DNA from: Cycas panzhihuaensis
Lineage: Eukaryota > Plantae > Cycadophyta
Reading direction: 5' to 3'
Length of the DNA: 64,000 nt
Assembly: GCA_023213395.1 (NCBI GenBank)
Contig: CM041465.1
Span: 87,365,741-87,429,740, forward strand
The notes under the pieces: model-generated
What the model saw: only the letters and a program-made list of their open reading frames with translations
What the model was told of the DNA's origin: nothing
Databases searched by the model: none
Position numbers and translations under genes: made by a program
Shown: piece after piece, positions 24,450-37,900 of the stretch
Position numbering within the stretch: position 1 is the first letter of the stretch
Layout: each line of letters starts with the position of its first letter

Positions 24450-25030
24450 CCTTCATGGACTATAGGTCAACTCCTTTATCCATTGAGGTGTTAAGAACTA
24501 TTTACCGCCTCACCCTCTTGAGGTACCTAAGTTTGACGGGACCTCCTCTAAAGACCCAACGGAGCATGTTAGAAGTTTTTTTATGGTGTGCATCGATCAT
24601 GAGGCATACGATCATATTCTGATGAAACTTTTTTCATGTTTACTGCAAGGCGATGCCCTCAAATAGTTTTATCACCTTTCTACATACTCCATCCACTCAT
24701 TCCAGCAACTCATCGACAAGTTCGTCAATTATTTTGACATCGCTCATCCCTTCGAGAGTAGAATGAAGACTCTTTTGTCCCTCAAACAAGGTCATGATAA
24801 AATGAATTATGACTTTGTGAGGTGTTTCCACAATCTTCTCCACTCCACGAAGGCAACATTACCTGAGGAGTTAAAGAGGGATTTTTTTGTAAATGCCCTT
24901 CATCCTGAAGTGCATATTGAAGTCCTCAAGATGGGGGCAACAATATGTGATTCCACCATAGTCAAATGTTTGGCTCTAAAGGCTATCGAGATCCAAGTAG
25001 GTCTCAAGAAGCCTCTTAGGTCATTGCAAT
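24450..25030 (+). pseudogene. gag: gag (retrotransposon capsid domain) of B
   Basis: EVPKFDGTSSKDPTEHV...ILMKLFSCLLQGDALK*FY...IHSFQQLIDKFVNYF...LKQGHDKMNYDFVRCF. Confidence 0.8.
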
Positions 25031-26049
25031 GATACGAGGTACCTCCTTTATCTCGCGATACCAAAACCCAACAACCTCCTAGGTCTTCGACTCATTCGAT
25101 GGAGAAGACCTTGGACACTTTAACTTCTGCTATACGTTCTTTTGAACGTACGATGAAGGAGCTCAAACTCCAAGCTCCTTCATCACTTACTTCTCACAAA
25201 CCCATTCATCAAGCCTCTCAAGTTGCGCCTCCCAAGAATGGAAATACCCAAGACGAAGTCTTCCTTGGAGAAGAAATAGGGTTCCATTCATAGTGAGTGC
25301 TTTCATGAGGACTTGTAATATAGGGTGAAAAATCCCAAATCTGCCCCACATTGTGACTCCTCTCCTAAATGGGCATCTAGGCCCAATCTAGGTCAACCCA
25401 TTCATAAGGATCCTTTTCCCAAACACGGGGAATGAGATCACCATACCTAGCAAAAGGGCAATCAAAATAGAGGGAAGTCCCCTAACCCTTACCCCACACA
25501 AGCCAAGGGAAAGGGGATAAGGAACTCTTCCTCCTCCTCTGATTCCCACCGCTAAATTCCTTCTCCCTCTCGATCTCGAAACAAAGGAAAGAGAGTTATC
25601 CAGATGCTTAATACCACACCATCATATGCCTTGAACTGGTTTTAAGTGGCCAAAGAAGCCATAAGTGTTTTTATTATTCTCATCTTCATCCTCCTTTAGA
25701 GAATCCTCCTTCAGAGATCCCATTGCTTCCCAAGATGATCCCTATTTGCCCTGGTCGCTATGATTTCCAAAGGGCGCTTCCCCAACCTATCGTGAAGGGG
25801 AAGCCCTTCTCTATCATCGACGAGCTTCACACCATGGCTGCGAGAATGTCCATGATGGATGTCTTGTGAAGTTGTCTAAAGCAATGTGCTCTCCTCCTAA
25901 AGATTTTGGGGTTAGTTGACGCTTCCATTCGCACCTTGTGTATTGCCTTAAGCTGCAAACCTGTCATCTCGTTCGACCTTAAAAATCTCCCTCCAACCGG
26001 TGAAAGTAAATGCCAGTGGTACTACCCTTTTACTATATCCATAGACAGA

Positions 26050-29000
26050 CCTGAATGTACCCTTCAAAGAACTATCATAGATAATGGTTCTTCCATCAAT
26101 ACTATACCCTTGCAAATCGTGCAAGAGTTAGACATAGTAGCTCTCTAGCCCATCTCGTGGTGTTGTTAAGGCTACAATAGTAGTGAGAAGACACCCTTGG
26201 GATTGATCTTCATTCCTCTTACCCTCAAGGATAAAACCATCCTCACTGACATCATAGTCATCAATGTAGACATGGATTACAACCTTTTGTTGTGATGTCC
26301 ATGGCTTGATTAGATAGAGGTCGTATGCTCATCATGTTGGGGGCAACTCAAATTCATTCATGAAGGGCGAATGAAGGTTGTTTCCCATGAGCCTCCTCCC
26401 ACTAAACAATTGCATCAACCCCATCAAGCGATTCGTGACTAAGCGAAGGGCAACAAGGGCCCATCTGCCCACGCTCCTGCTTGCTCTTTTGACATTCCTA
26501 GTTCGTCACATTCAGAAGAAGACCCTTCCCCTTCTTCCTTAGCTTATTCGTTTTGCCCCTATTGGTGTGGGGAGTTATGGGTACCTCATCATATTGAGTG
26601 ACGATGAGTTCGATGGTGAGGATGAGGACCTCCCTCATCCCATATCCCTCCTAAACATGAGTAGGGGGTGCTCCCTTCATTTCAGGTCTCAACCTAAAGC
26701 CTCTTCCATTAAGGATCCTAGTCCTCCTCCAGAGTCACATATCATTACTTCCATCTCTCATGTGACTTCCCATCTTGCTTCATCTTCTACCTCCTCACCC
26801 TCCTTGAGCAATGGGGCGAGGGAACCTCCTATCGTCTATCACATGAGATCACCCTTCGACTCTTCCAAAGAGTCTCTTGACTATGTTAAGCAGTGGGTCG
26901 ACCACTATGGTCCAGTCGCTCCTTCTATTCCTCATTCCTCATCTTCTCCAAGTGTAATTATCCATGGGATAGATTGCTTTGAGAATGACGAGGCCTTATT
27001 AGAGCATCTAGCAGGCTATGTGCCCAATATCCCTCTTGGTCACTATAAACTTGGTTACCAAAGGATTTTAGCCCTTGGGTCACACTTAGCTGACCCAAGT
27101 CTATCTTCTTCTTCTTCACCCTTTCCTATTGACCAAACCCTCCTTCACTTCAAGGAAGGGAATGCCATGTGTAAGAGAGCGACCAAGGACATCATCCTTG
27201 CTCCCAACAAGGTCATTAAGGTGGGAGCGAAGTGTTCCCCTAAAGAAATGAAGGAGTAAACCCTTCTTTTTCAGGAATTCCATGACATCTTTTCATGGGA
27301 TTATGCCAACATGAAGGGGATAGACCCTTCTATTGTTATCCATAACCTTATTACCATTCCAGGCACTTGCCCCATGCAGCAAAAGCAGTGCCCCCTTCAT
27401 CCTAAACTTTCAGCTGTCGTAAAGATGAACATTAAGAAACTCTTGGATGCAGGGTTAATCACCTCCATCGACTACCCCAAGTGGGTCTCAAACATCATTC
27501 TTATTGCTAAAAAGAACGAGACGATTCAGATATACATTGATTTTCGTAACATTAACAATGTGTGTCCCAAAGATAACTTTCCTCTACCTTTTATCAATCA
27601 AATCATCGATCGAACTGTTGGATTCAAAGTCATATCCTTGATGGATGGCTTCTCTGGGTACAACTAGATCCAGATCTCTCCCGAAGACAGTCGTAAAATA
27701 GCCTTCACCACTCTTTGGGGTACCTTCGCTTACAAAGCGATGCCCTTTGGACTCAAATATACAAGCGACACTTACTAGAGGATGATGCAATTCATCTTCC
27801 ATGACCTCATAAACTAAACCCTTGAGGTCTTCATGGATGACATGATGGGTCTTTGCGTATAAGGGCCTACCATCCTAGCGACTTGCGAGCCATCTTTATG
27901 AGGTGTCACAAATATCACGTGAGCTTAAACTCTCTTAAATGTGTGTTTGTTATAACAACTAACAAACTCTTTAGCTTTCTTGTTTCAAAACAAGGAATCT
28001 AAATTGATCCCAATAAAGTCAAGGCTATCCCTGACATGCCTCCTTTTAAGACTCAATGATAAATCAAGTTGTTTTTAGATAGATTAGGCTTCTTCAGGTA
28101 TTTCTTGGCAAACTTCGCTATAAACACTAAATCCCTTATAAACTTATTGAAGAAGGGGGCTTCTTTTGTATAGTCTCAAAAGGCCCAAGAACCTTTCAAA
28201 GAGCTCAAAAGAGCCTTAGCTTCTGCCTCAATCTTAGCACATCCCTTCTTTGATCAACCTTTCATCCTTTATACCTCAGCTACCGACGAATCCTTAGGGG
28301 TTATGCTTGCCTAAGAGGATGACTCAGGAACTGAGAGGGCCATCTGTTTTATCAATTATACCTTAGTTACTGTTGAGCTCAACTACTCCCCCGTCGAGAA
28401 GGAATGCCTCGCCTTGGTGTACGCCACCAAGAAGTTTAGGCATTACTTACTTGGTAACACCACTCAAGTGACCGTTCAATCTAATCCCTTGAGGTACCTT
28501 CTAACTCGATCTGACTTGACAGGTAGGACCGGCAAGTGGGCCATTCTCCTTCAAGAATTCGATCTCCAAATCATCAATAAGAAATCATAGAAAGGGATGG
28601 TGGTTGTTGAAGAACTAGCTGACACCCCCATCCCTAACTCTTCGAACACTCTTGTCGATGATTCCTTGCTGAGTGAGCCTATCTTTTCCATTCAAGACTC
28701 GTCCCCCCATCCATTGACGGATAGTGAATAGTATGGGGATATCATACGATACCTCACTAAATAATAGTATCGTTCTGATGTTAGTGATAAGGCAAGGTCA
28801 CGCATTAGGGCTAATGCTAGGTAATACTTTCTCATGGAAGGGGCATTGTACAAAAGATCCTTTGATGGGGTCCTCCTTCACTCTGTCAACCTTGATGAAG
28901 TGAACTAGATACTTCGTGAGTGTCACAATGGCATTTGTGGGGGCCACTTTGGGGGTCAATCTATGCCCCAGAGGGTCCTTCGGATAGGTTACTATTGGTC

Positions 29001-29973
29001 GTCCCTCTTTAAGGACGCCCATGCATATGCATTGCAATGTTGTAGGTGTCAGGAACACACTAATGTCATCTGTTTGCCTTCCAAGACCCTACACCTTATT
29101 ATCTCTCCATGGCCTTTCTTTGAATGGGGGTTAGACCTCATCAGGGCCATAACCCCTCCTTCTTTGTAGCAGTATAAGTTTATCTTAGCTGTGATGGAGT
29201 ATTTCACTAAATAGGCTGAAGTGATTCCCTTGTCTTCCACTTCTGGTAAGACAATAGCTACCTTCATCTACTAATACATTATCTGTCGATTCAGGGTTCT
29301 TGATATCTTGATCACAGATAATGAAACTCCCTTTTGTAATAAGGAAATAGATGAGCTTTGTAGGAAGTTTTGGAAATCCCACAAGACTTCTTCTCCTTAT
29401 TACCCTTAGGCCAATGGCCAAATCGAATCCTTCAATAAGACTCTCATAAATATCTTAAAGAAAACTATTGCTTAATCCCAAAAGAATTATCACCTTCAAC
29501 TTCCCTCTACCTTATGGGCATACTGCACTTCCATCCGCACGGCCACAGGGATGACCCCGTTCTCCCTTATGTATGGAATCGAAGTAATCCTCCCTTTGGA
29601 AGTTGAAATTCCCTCCCTGTGTGTTTCCCTTTGAGGTCTTATCGATGAGGAATCCTGTTGCCAGGCCTGCCTCCTTGACCTTGAAGCCTTAGACGAGAGA
29701 TGTTTGACTATGTATCAAGCGAATCTCGCCTCCAAAGCTAAGATGCAAAGAATATATGACAAGTGCCTTCACCCTTGCCCTTTGCATCTAGGGGATCATG
29801 TCCTCAAATTAGAGTATCTCCACGATTGCTTGTCCAAATTCAGGCCTAAATGGGTTGGTCCCTTCATCATTCTCGAAAGCCTCGACAATGGCACTTATAG
29901 GATTGCAACCCTGGAAGGTCTCGAGTTTGAGAAAGCCATCAACGGTAAATTTCTAAAGAAATTTTATGCATGA
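26050..29973 (+). pseudogene. pol: pol of B (PR, Ser/acidic linker, RT, RH, INT); no aRH between RH and INT
   Basis: IIDNGSSIN; LMDGFSGYN; VFMDD; WPFFEWGLDLI; KWVGPF...AINGKFLKKFYA*. Many transition-type stops. Confidence 0.92.
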
Positions 29974-30789
29974 TCTTCCCTACTCCCGAGTAGATTAGGC
30001 ATACCCCTTCCCCTTCTTCGCTATGAAATGAGCCTAAACTATCACTCTAAGCATGTTTCCATTCCCCCTAACCACAGGTGGGATGGCAGCTTGGAATGAC
30101 CTCTTATCTTTATGGTTTCATCTCTTGCATATCGTCTTTTGTTTCCCTTCCAAGAGAAACCTCTTCTCCTAGTTGGGTGTGTAAGCTTCCTTTACTCCCG
30201 AGCTCAGAACTGCACCCCAACTAGGACCTCTTGTTGGGGTATTTATACTTCCTCTTTGTCATTGTTTCCTTTGCATATTTGTTATGCTCCTTCGATGGAC
30301 ATACATGGTTCTCCCTCTCTTAGCCTCACACGTGCCTATCACCTATACGCAAAGTGGTCGTGTGTGCTCGCTACGAGCATGATACTACATGAAAGGAAAC
30401 GCGTATATCATCCATATGATCCAGCAACAGAAATCCATATATAACAATCAACTAAAACCATCATGATGCATAGTCCCTCGTGCACCTGTGCACCCATATC
30501 TCCATGCATCCATCTCTCTATGCATATGCATAAACAAATAAGTAAATAAACAATATAACAACATTATAAACCATCACAACACCATCATCATGGGTCAAGT
30601 GGGATGTCAATTGGCCCCCGTCTCTCTATATATAAATCATATTATACAATATTATATGGTACATCATCCTCAAGAAGTTGGAATCCTTGTAGGGAGGAGT
30701 ACAATCATGTGTCCACTTATGGTGTGACTCCCTGGAGGTCCAATGCTTTCCTGCTTAAAACTAATCATGCATCTAGCTCATCGACGCCT

Positions 30790-33291
30790 TGCCCTCAGGG
30801 GGTATCGTCTCCTCATCTGTGAGATCCCTCACTAGGAGACCACATACATCCTAGGCTCCTCTTGTGTTGCTGTGAGCTCCCCACCTCACTCCCATCGTCC
30901 TGAGGCCTCCTGTGGGTCACCGTCGTCATATGCATATTAGACTTGCTCCTTGACAACCTGGTCGCGACTTGCTCCACTAGTTGATCGTATCTTGCTTGGA
31001 TACGATCCCTCTCCTCCTCTCCGCTCTAGAGTCCCTCCTCCAGCATGGTGATCTAGATCTAGCTCCCTATATCCCTGCCTGCTACTCCTCCTCTCTAGGC
31101 CTCTAGTACCTAGACCTAGCCTTGTAGGGTATTCCTCTCTGCGACTGCCTGGTCCCTCTCTGTGCGGAGTCCATCTAGCTCTTTTTGCAGTTGTCCTACC
31201 CTCGCCTGGTGTCCTTAGGACTCTATCGCCCACATATCTCTGGCCATGATCAATGGGACAAATGATGTCGTGTGCGCCCCCGTCAATCGAGGCTCCTCTT
31301 CAGCCTAGATAGGAGGTTGTCCCCCTGCATAGATTTGGGCGAATAACTCCTGGACTACTGCTTCCATTAACCTCCTCATCTCCACTACTCCTGCCAAACC
31401 ATACATACGATGTGTTAGTTTAATGCACATATGTATATATCAAAGCATTGAAATTAAATCAAAGTAAGTTATTTAAGTAGCTAGTGGTTGAAAGATGTCG
31501 AGTAAGGATAGTGTCTCATCTCCTGGAATGACTGGCTCCTCCGCTCTAACGACCACCTCCTCCATAGGAGCTCCCTCAACTGCTGAACCGCCCTCCTTTG
31601 CCTCTAGCACCACCTCTCCTACATCTCGGATTGCTGGGACATCTTTTACCTCATCTCCTCTATCTATCGCGGCTATCGTCGCCTCTGCTATTACTACCAT
31701 GGCCACCACTTCTGCAGGAGCCCTACCTGTCGGTGTGCATGGTGGCCTATCTCCTCTCGTAGCCCCTGACGGACCTACCTCTCTTCTTGTAGCTCCTGAT
31801 GGGCCTACCTCTCCTCTTATAATCCCTAATGGGCCTGCCTCTCCTCCTGCGGCTCCTGATGGGCCTACCCCATTGCCCCAATCATTACCTCCACGCTCGT
31901 CGGGGTCATCTCCCAGCTCTCTCGTCATATTGTCACTCTCCTAATGCACCCCTCTATATGGGTCTACCATATAGTCTGCCAGGGTGAGAAGGTCGAGTGA
32001 CGTCACCTCCACTAATCTCCAAACGTAGACCTGATCCTCGGTTCCCTTGAACTGAGTCTACCACTTGTGTACAATGGGCGCTCGTGTCGAGATGGGATGC
32101 AGTCCCCCTGACGGTGTGACTACTCCGAAATGGTCAAAGAACCGTTACTATAGTAGGGTGTAATATGAGAAACCACCTCTCCTTGCCACTCAGATTGTGT
32201 CTAGTTATACCACCATGTTTACCGCTATTAAGGCACCCTAATCCAACCTCTCTCTAGCCTTACACCTTTTAACTATGGTTATCAACCTGCCTGGAATGTC
32301 TTTGTAGTTCTATTTCTGGGAGATTTTGAACATAATGCCCAGTGTGATAAGCTTCCTCACCCGAGCAATCCGTGACATCACCATAGCCTACACCAACACC
32401 CCTCATCGATCCCTCCTACCTTAGCCTATGAAATATGTTATCGCCTCCGTGTGTACAGTGTCTGTGCTAGGTAATGTGCCCAATGATGTTGGCACTCCTC
32501 CTATCGGCAACCTTAGAATCCTCCTGATGTCTCCTAGTATGACAGTGACGTCTCCTACCTAAAGGAGATGGAAGACGTGTCATCGTTGATCCTAGTAGGA
32601 GACTATATCCACTAGGAGGTGTTGATTTGAGGCATATTGGGGCATCCCGATGACCTTCAGGAGCCTGCAATTTCTTAATATCCCTTTGTCCCTTTGTGAC
32701 ATCATCTCTATAAAACTTAACATAGCCATTCTGATATTCTCGCGGTTATCCACCACGATAACCACCTATAAAAACACCTAAATACCAGTCTAAATCCTCC
32801 TCATACTATGCCTAGCTCCCCTTAGGATGCCTCTTGCTCCACTTGGATGAGCTAGCCATCCTTTCAGGCCTCTTTTCTTCTTTTTTCCACCATTTCCTCT
32901 CTTCCTTGCATCAAACTTTGCAGTACCACAAAGTTTGATATGGGCCCCACTAAGATTTTTGTGTCCTCTCAGTGGCCCTGAGGCAAACTCTGTGGCACCA
33001 TGATCTTTACCGCGGGGCCATTGTTTCCCCCTTGAAAAAAGGAGTGAGGGTGCCTAAAAATCCCCAAAAAATTTCTCTAAGTGTGCCAAGGCTTGGCCCA
33101 CTAGGACCAGGGCTACCTAATGCCCTGGTCCTCCCCTTCTCTAGGCCTCATTCGAGCTTTAGAGGGTCCCAAATCACCCTTAAGGGGCCCAAATTAAGAT
33201 ATAAAAACCTTAAAAAGTCACTAAATGCAAACGATGAAATGAAGAGGGTAAGGGGCGATCCACTCACCAGATCTGGCCTCGCCACCATCAT
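30790..33291 (-). pseudogene. Antisense 3-exon PMD / low-complexity / coiled-coil gene of B
   Basis: Exon 1 33291-33268 encodes MMVARPDL, followed by GTGAGT. Intron 1 is 33267-32766 (TTTTATAG acceptor, phase 0). Exon 2 reads VVIVVDNREN...DIVSY*DQR*HVFHL..VGDVTVILGDIRRIL. Intron 2 is 31519-31391 (donor decayed to ATGAGA, ACTAAC branch, TTTGGCAG acceptor, phase 1). Exon 3 has heptad-like QLQKELDGLRTERDQAVAERNTL. Confidence 0.78.
31745..31870. repeat. 30-bp tandem repeat (~4 units) encoding EVGPSGATRG-like decapeptides in the antisense gene
   Basis: CCTGATGGGCCTACCTCTCCTC-like units. ORF 31473-31928 reads VGPSGAAGGEAGPLGIIRGEVGPSGATRREVGPSGATRG. Confidence 0.8.
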
Positions 33292-34028
33292 CTCGTCGTC
33301 TCAATCACATTAGTTGTCTCCTTTACCTCAATCCAATGGTTGAATCTCTCGCTGTGTGCTCCTGAAGTCGGGTAGGGCTCCGCTATGTAGAAGAAACGGC
33401 TCTAGATCGATCACAAGCCCGTGAAAATGAATCTCGTTTTCACCCTCCTTCCTTTATATACGCCGGGGCCCCGAGGGGTACTTCCTCCTTTTTCTTCACC
33501 GTGACAACCCTTAAGACCATTTTCTTAGCCTCATTATCTTTATCTTCAGGGCGCATCCCCTATTTCACCTCTATGGCCTCCTTTTTTAGCTTTTTGGCAT
33601 ATTTTTTATGACCCCTTCAATCTCCCACAGATCCCTTTTATCTCGTTTTTTGTGTTGCTCCAAAACATACCCATATTTATACTCCTATGACTCGTTTTGC
33701 AATTCTAGATCTGTTCTTGTTACCTATTCAAGCCTTTAGGGCTACCAAAAGAAGCGAGTCCCCTTTTCTGGGCCTCATCTTAGTCCTTTTAGCAACCTTT
33801 GGGGCCCTAAAAGGGCCTTTTTGCCACTGTTTCCCTACCTCTTCGCTAGGTCAATTCCCTTCTCCCTGAGTAGCCTCTTTTTAGGACTCTCCTGTCTTTC
33901 ATAATGCATATTCATAGCCTTCTGAGTGATTTTTAGCCCCATCGCTACCTCTCCTCCCTTCTCTCCACCTATTGACCCTGCCATCATTATTCCTTTTGCT
34001 GTTTGATGGGGATCCTCACTTCTTCATC

Positions 34029-34472
34029 ATGGTATTGCTCATCTTTACTGATAGAAGAAGTCGTGGTAATCCAGGACCTTCTACTGCCACATGGATCCCC
34101 TGTGACTCCTCTAGATATGATTACATGTGTTCTAAAATCTTCCTCCCTAAGGTCGCTAATAATAAAGTTAAGTACATAGCCGTCATTGAGGCCCTTACCA
34201 ATGCATTATGTTTTTACCATGGTTCCATCATCCCTCTTTCTGACTCTTAGATCATCTTATCATAGCTTACCCAAGTTTACCTGGTACATTGCCCGTATTT
34301 GAGAGCCCTCACTTTGACCACTAGATTTCTCCTATCTTGTTTCTCCTCTGTGGATATTCAACACATTCCTCGAGACCTAAATGCTAAGGCAAACAATCTT
34401 GTTTGTCATATCCTCGAGTGTCATCTCTCTCTTCTCGATGATCCTCCTGGAGGAGCCTATCAAGATGCCTAA
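34029..34472 (+). pseudogene. Stand-alone archaeal-type RNase H ORF of B (147 codons, one frame, 2 internal stops)
   Basis: MVLLIFTDRRSRGNPGPS...ANNKVKYIAVIEAL...LSDS*II..LTQVY...DIQHIPRDLNAKANNL. Confidence 0.88.
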
Positions 34473-34947
34473 TCACCCAGGTTCTGGGATTGTCTCTTCT
34501 TCTATTTTGCGATCTGTTCGTACCTCTAAAAGCTGGACACTAATGAGGTTAAACTATGGTGACCACCAGGTTTGTTTCTTCACCTTGTCCTTCATACCAC
34601 CCATGGTGCAAAGCCTATGTATGTCGATCCCCTCTTGTACATACTTTCCGTTATGTAATCACACTTTTTGTTATGCTCATGACTATCAACATCTTTTACC
34701 TCGCATAGATGTGATGGGGGCATCTCCCTCATCCACTCTCCTCTCTTCATTAGATTCTAGAGCGATGCATAGGCATCCCCTATGCACCCCTCTTTCCTCC
34801 CTGTCCATGCGTTCTGCCACAACACTTGCCACCACCCTTGGATGATGACACCACTATACTTTAATGCTCGATACTAACCTTTGTGTTGACAGCATTCACC
34901 ATCTCATCATGCTTTTGAGCAGCGAGGCTCTGCTACTAAGGGGGCAA

Positions 34948-37900
34948 TGTTTCTGAGCTACGGGGAATTGACATGGATGACTCACCTCAAATAAGCGTAG
35001 GTATGTATCTATCCTCACCTTCATTGGCATTAAGATGCTATTAGATTATCGATAGATATACGTTGCAGATTGATTAATTAATTGCATGATCATTGTGCTT
35101 GGCTTACCTGCATATTCATGTTTACACATAATATTCCAACCTCTGACAACTTGGGACAGGCATCCCATCACATCTTACGACCCTCTACCATGTCTCCACA
35201 ATATCTTTAAGTGCTTTTGGCTCTTGTAGCTCGTCCTTTATCACTTCTTGGTATGACGTAATCCCTGGCGGCTCGTTTAGGCCTGATTGTCATCCTTGTT
35301 TACCACTTGTCTCTCTTTGGGGCCTTGTTGCCACCTCTTTCTCATTCATCATGGTCCCTTTAGGTCCTATAACCCCTCTTAGCACCTCGACATTGTATTA
35401 TTATCCTTTCGGGATCTAGGGCCCCCTTTTTGGGGAGCCTTATGGGCTCCCCTTTTTGGTTTTAAGCTAATTTGAGCGTATCATTGCAAATTTTGCGGTA
35501 CTGCTACAAATTCTATAGTACCATGAAGTTTTTCACGATGCAATTGTTTAAATTTATTTTTTTGTCTAGCCATGGCCAATTTTGCATAAAATGTGAAATT
35601 GACACGTGGCGCTTAGTTATTTCCCACCCAGGGCGAGCCCTAATCACTCGTTAGGCTAGGGTTGGGTTTAAAAACACAAAATTTGCCTCATTCCTTTTCT
35701 TCTTCCTCCACATCTCTAAGAAACATTTCTGAAATGAAAGCTCTCACCTATTGTACCTATCCTTCAGTCCAGCCATCATCTTCCTTAGGGTACAACCCTT
35801 AGTTGTATGTCTATAGCAGTGAGCTTTAGGACATATCTCCTCCACAAGCACTCCATCAAGGCATAAGTATATAGTTTGTTTGTAGGTCAAGTTCTCTCCT
35901 TGCGTCATTGCAGGGGTTCTCCACCACTCCTTCAAGGGAAACTTCCTCCCCAACCAACACATAAGGTAGACTCAACTGAGATCTATTTTTACTAAGTATT
36001 TACAAGCTTGTACATCATTCTTTTCCTTAAGCATAAGGGTTTCCTTGCTTACTTTTCAGTTTGTTGCGTGAAACTACCTCCTATTTGTCTATTCCAAAAG
36101 GCAAACCCTTCCCTTTCTCTGGCTTATTCCCTTACACATTGAGGTTTCCCTAAGGTCCACTCAAGTAGGTAGAGAGAAAAGAGTCTAGTGAAGAGAGAAA
36201 GGAGTTTCAGGTAGGGTTCTATACCCTTTTGCCATCTCTTCAAGGGCAGCCTCCTACTCTTTGCTCCTTTTCCTCTCCCAATACCTCTTTTGTCCACCCG
36301 GAAATCCTTGGGGCAGGGAGCCTTGTTGGTTGCAACATTAGTAGCACCTTGTTACGCCTACAACTAGCCTTCGTAGCTTCACAAAATCTGGTTTTTAGTA
36401 GTAGCTCCTTCGATTTACATAGTCTTACCTCTCTTTTTGTAAAATATTACAAAAGTTGCACATTACAACTTTTTTAACTTTTACATTTCATTGTAACTTT
36501 TCTGTATACAAAGTTTGTTGCTCTTTTACCATTGGAAAAACTTGGCTTCTATCATGATTTGCTTACTTGAGTACTTGGGAACGTGGAGACAAACCATTAG
36601 GAGGGTTAGTTATTCTAAGGCTACCCTTCTCTCTTCCTTTTACCCCCTCTCCCACAATCATTGAAACACTTTATTTACATAATAAGTAAAACTAACATTG
36701 TACATGGTATTTATTTGGAGGATGTTTGCATAAGGTTACTCTCATTTTTTTCCTTTTCCTTTCGATAAGCATATGTACATATGTTTGCTCCCATGCATGC
36801 CTAGTGCCCCTTGGAAAAAGATAAACCATTTGTTGTGTAGGTTTCGCCTCTTTTGGAGCAATTGAAGGCCTTCATGAAAGGTGTGCATACCTCTCTTGTT
36901 GTTATTACATTATTTTGAAACTTCATTATAAGTAATTCTTTCTTTTTCCTTTGGTTCCTTTTGTGTTTGGATGTTGGGGAAGGTAAGGAATCCCCACTAA
37001 TGTTCCTCTTGCCATATCGATTACGACAAGGAGCGTTGGGTGGACATGTGTGGATCGCAAAGAAAGTGAAAAGGCCTCTACACTGACTATCTAGTTTCTA
37101 GGTGCACTACTTCTATCCTATCCTCTCACTCATTCCTTCCCCCCCTTTTTTACTCCCAAAGGAAGGAAAGGAAGAACAAAAGAGAAGATAATTTTGTATT
37201 TCATTATTTGTTGCTCAACTTGTTTGATCATATAGGGGGGAGGGTAATTACTTTACATAAGCAGGTGTCAATCCCTACTAGTTACATCTTTACCCTCCCT
37301 CTCTTGGCTCAAACTCTCATATTCGCCTGAGTTTGAGTGTAAAGGGTTATGAGTCCCTCTATTCCCAACCTATCCTTTTTCCCACATACCATTGGGTTGA
37401 CTTGCATTAGTCCCTTGCATCCTCTTCCTGCGCTTCCTAACTGCTTATTTCTTTTTATGCTTATAAAAAGATAAAAAGAGAGAGGCTAGGATCTAGGAAG
37501 AGAGAGAGAGTTGTTGTATTTTTCTTGTTTAATTCTATTTTAATCCAAATATAAATCAGAAATAACAACTCATAGCACTATCCTATCTCATTGTATAACG
37601 AAAACAAAGAAACGTGATACATTGCATAACTCCTCTTACATCTAGTCATCTGTTTTAGGTGTAGACATCTTAGGGGCGTTGCCCCCTAAGGTTTTCCTCC
37701 CCTTTTCAATGAGGCCTCACTTTGTCTTACTTCCATTTAGAAGTTGACCTCTTTCAGCCCAAATTCCCCTTGTCATCCATACTACCAATCACGCATCACT
37801 TGCTCGTAGGTACTTCCTCTTTCAGTTAGGACCTACCTCTCCCGTTCCCTCTCCTTAGGAAGGGTGTATCCATCTCAACCCTCCTTCCTTGGCTATCTAG

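Noticed and set aside
26400-27200. Hidden extra domain (e.g. aRH) in the long PR-RT linker
   Set aside because: Translations in A, B and D are Ser/Pro/acidic low-complexity sequence with no RNase H motifs.
31495-31944. Ser/Thr/Pro-rich plus-strand ORF resembling an arabinogalactan protein
   Set aside because: It is the shadow frame of the low-complexity linker and repeat of the antisense PMD gene.
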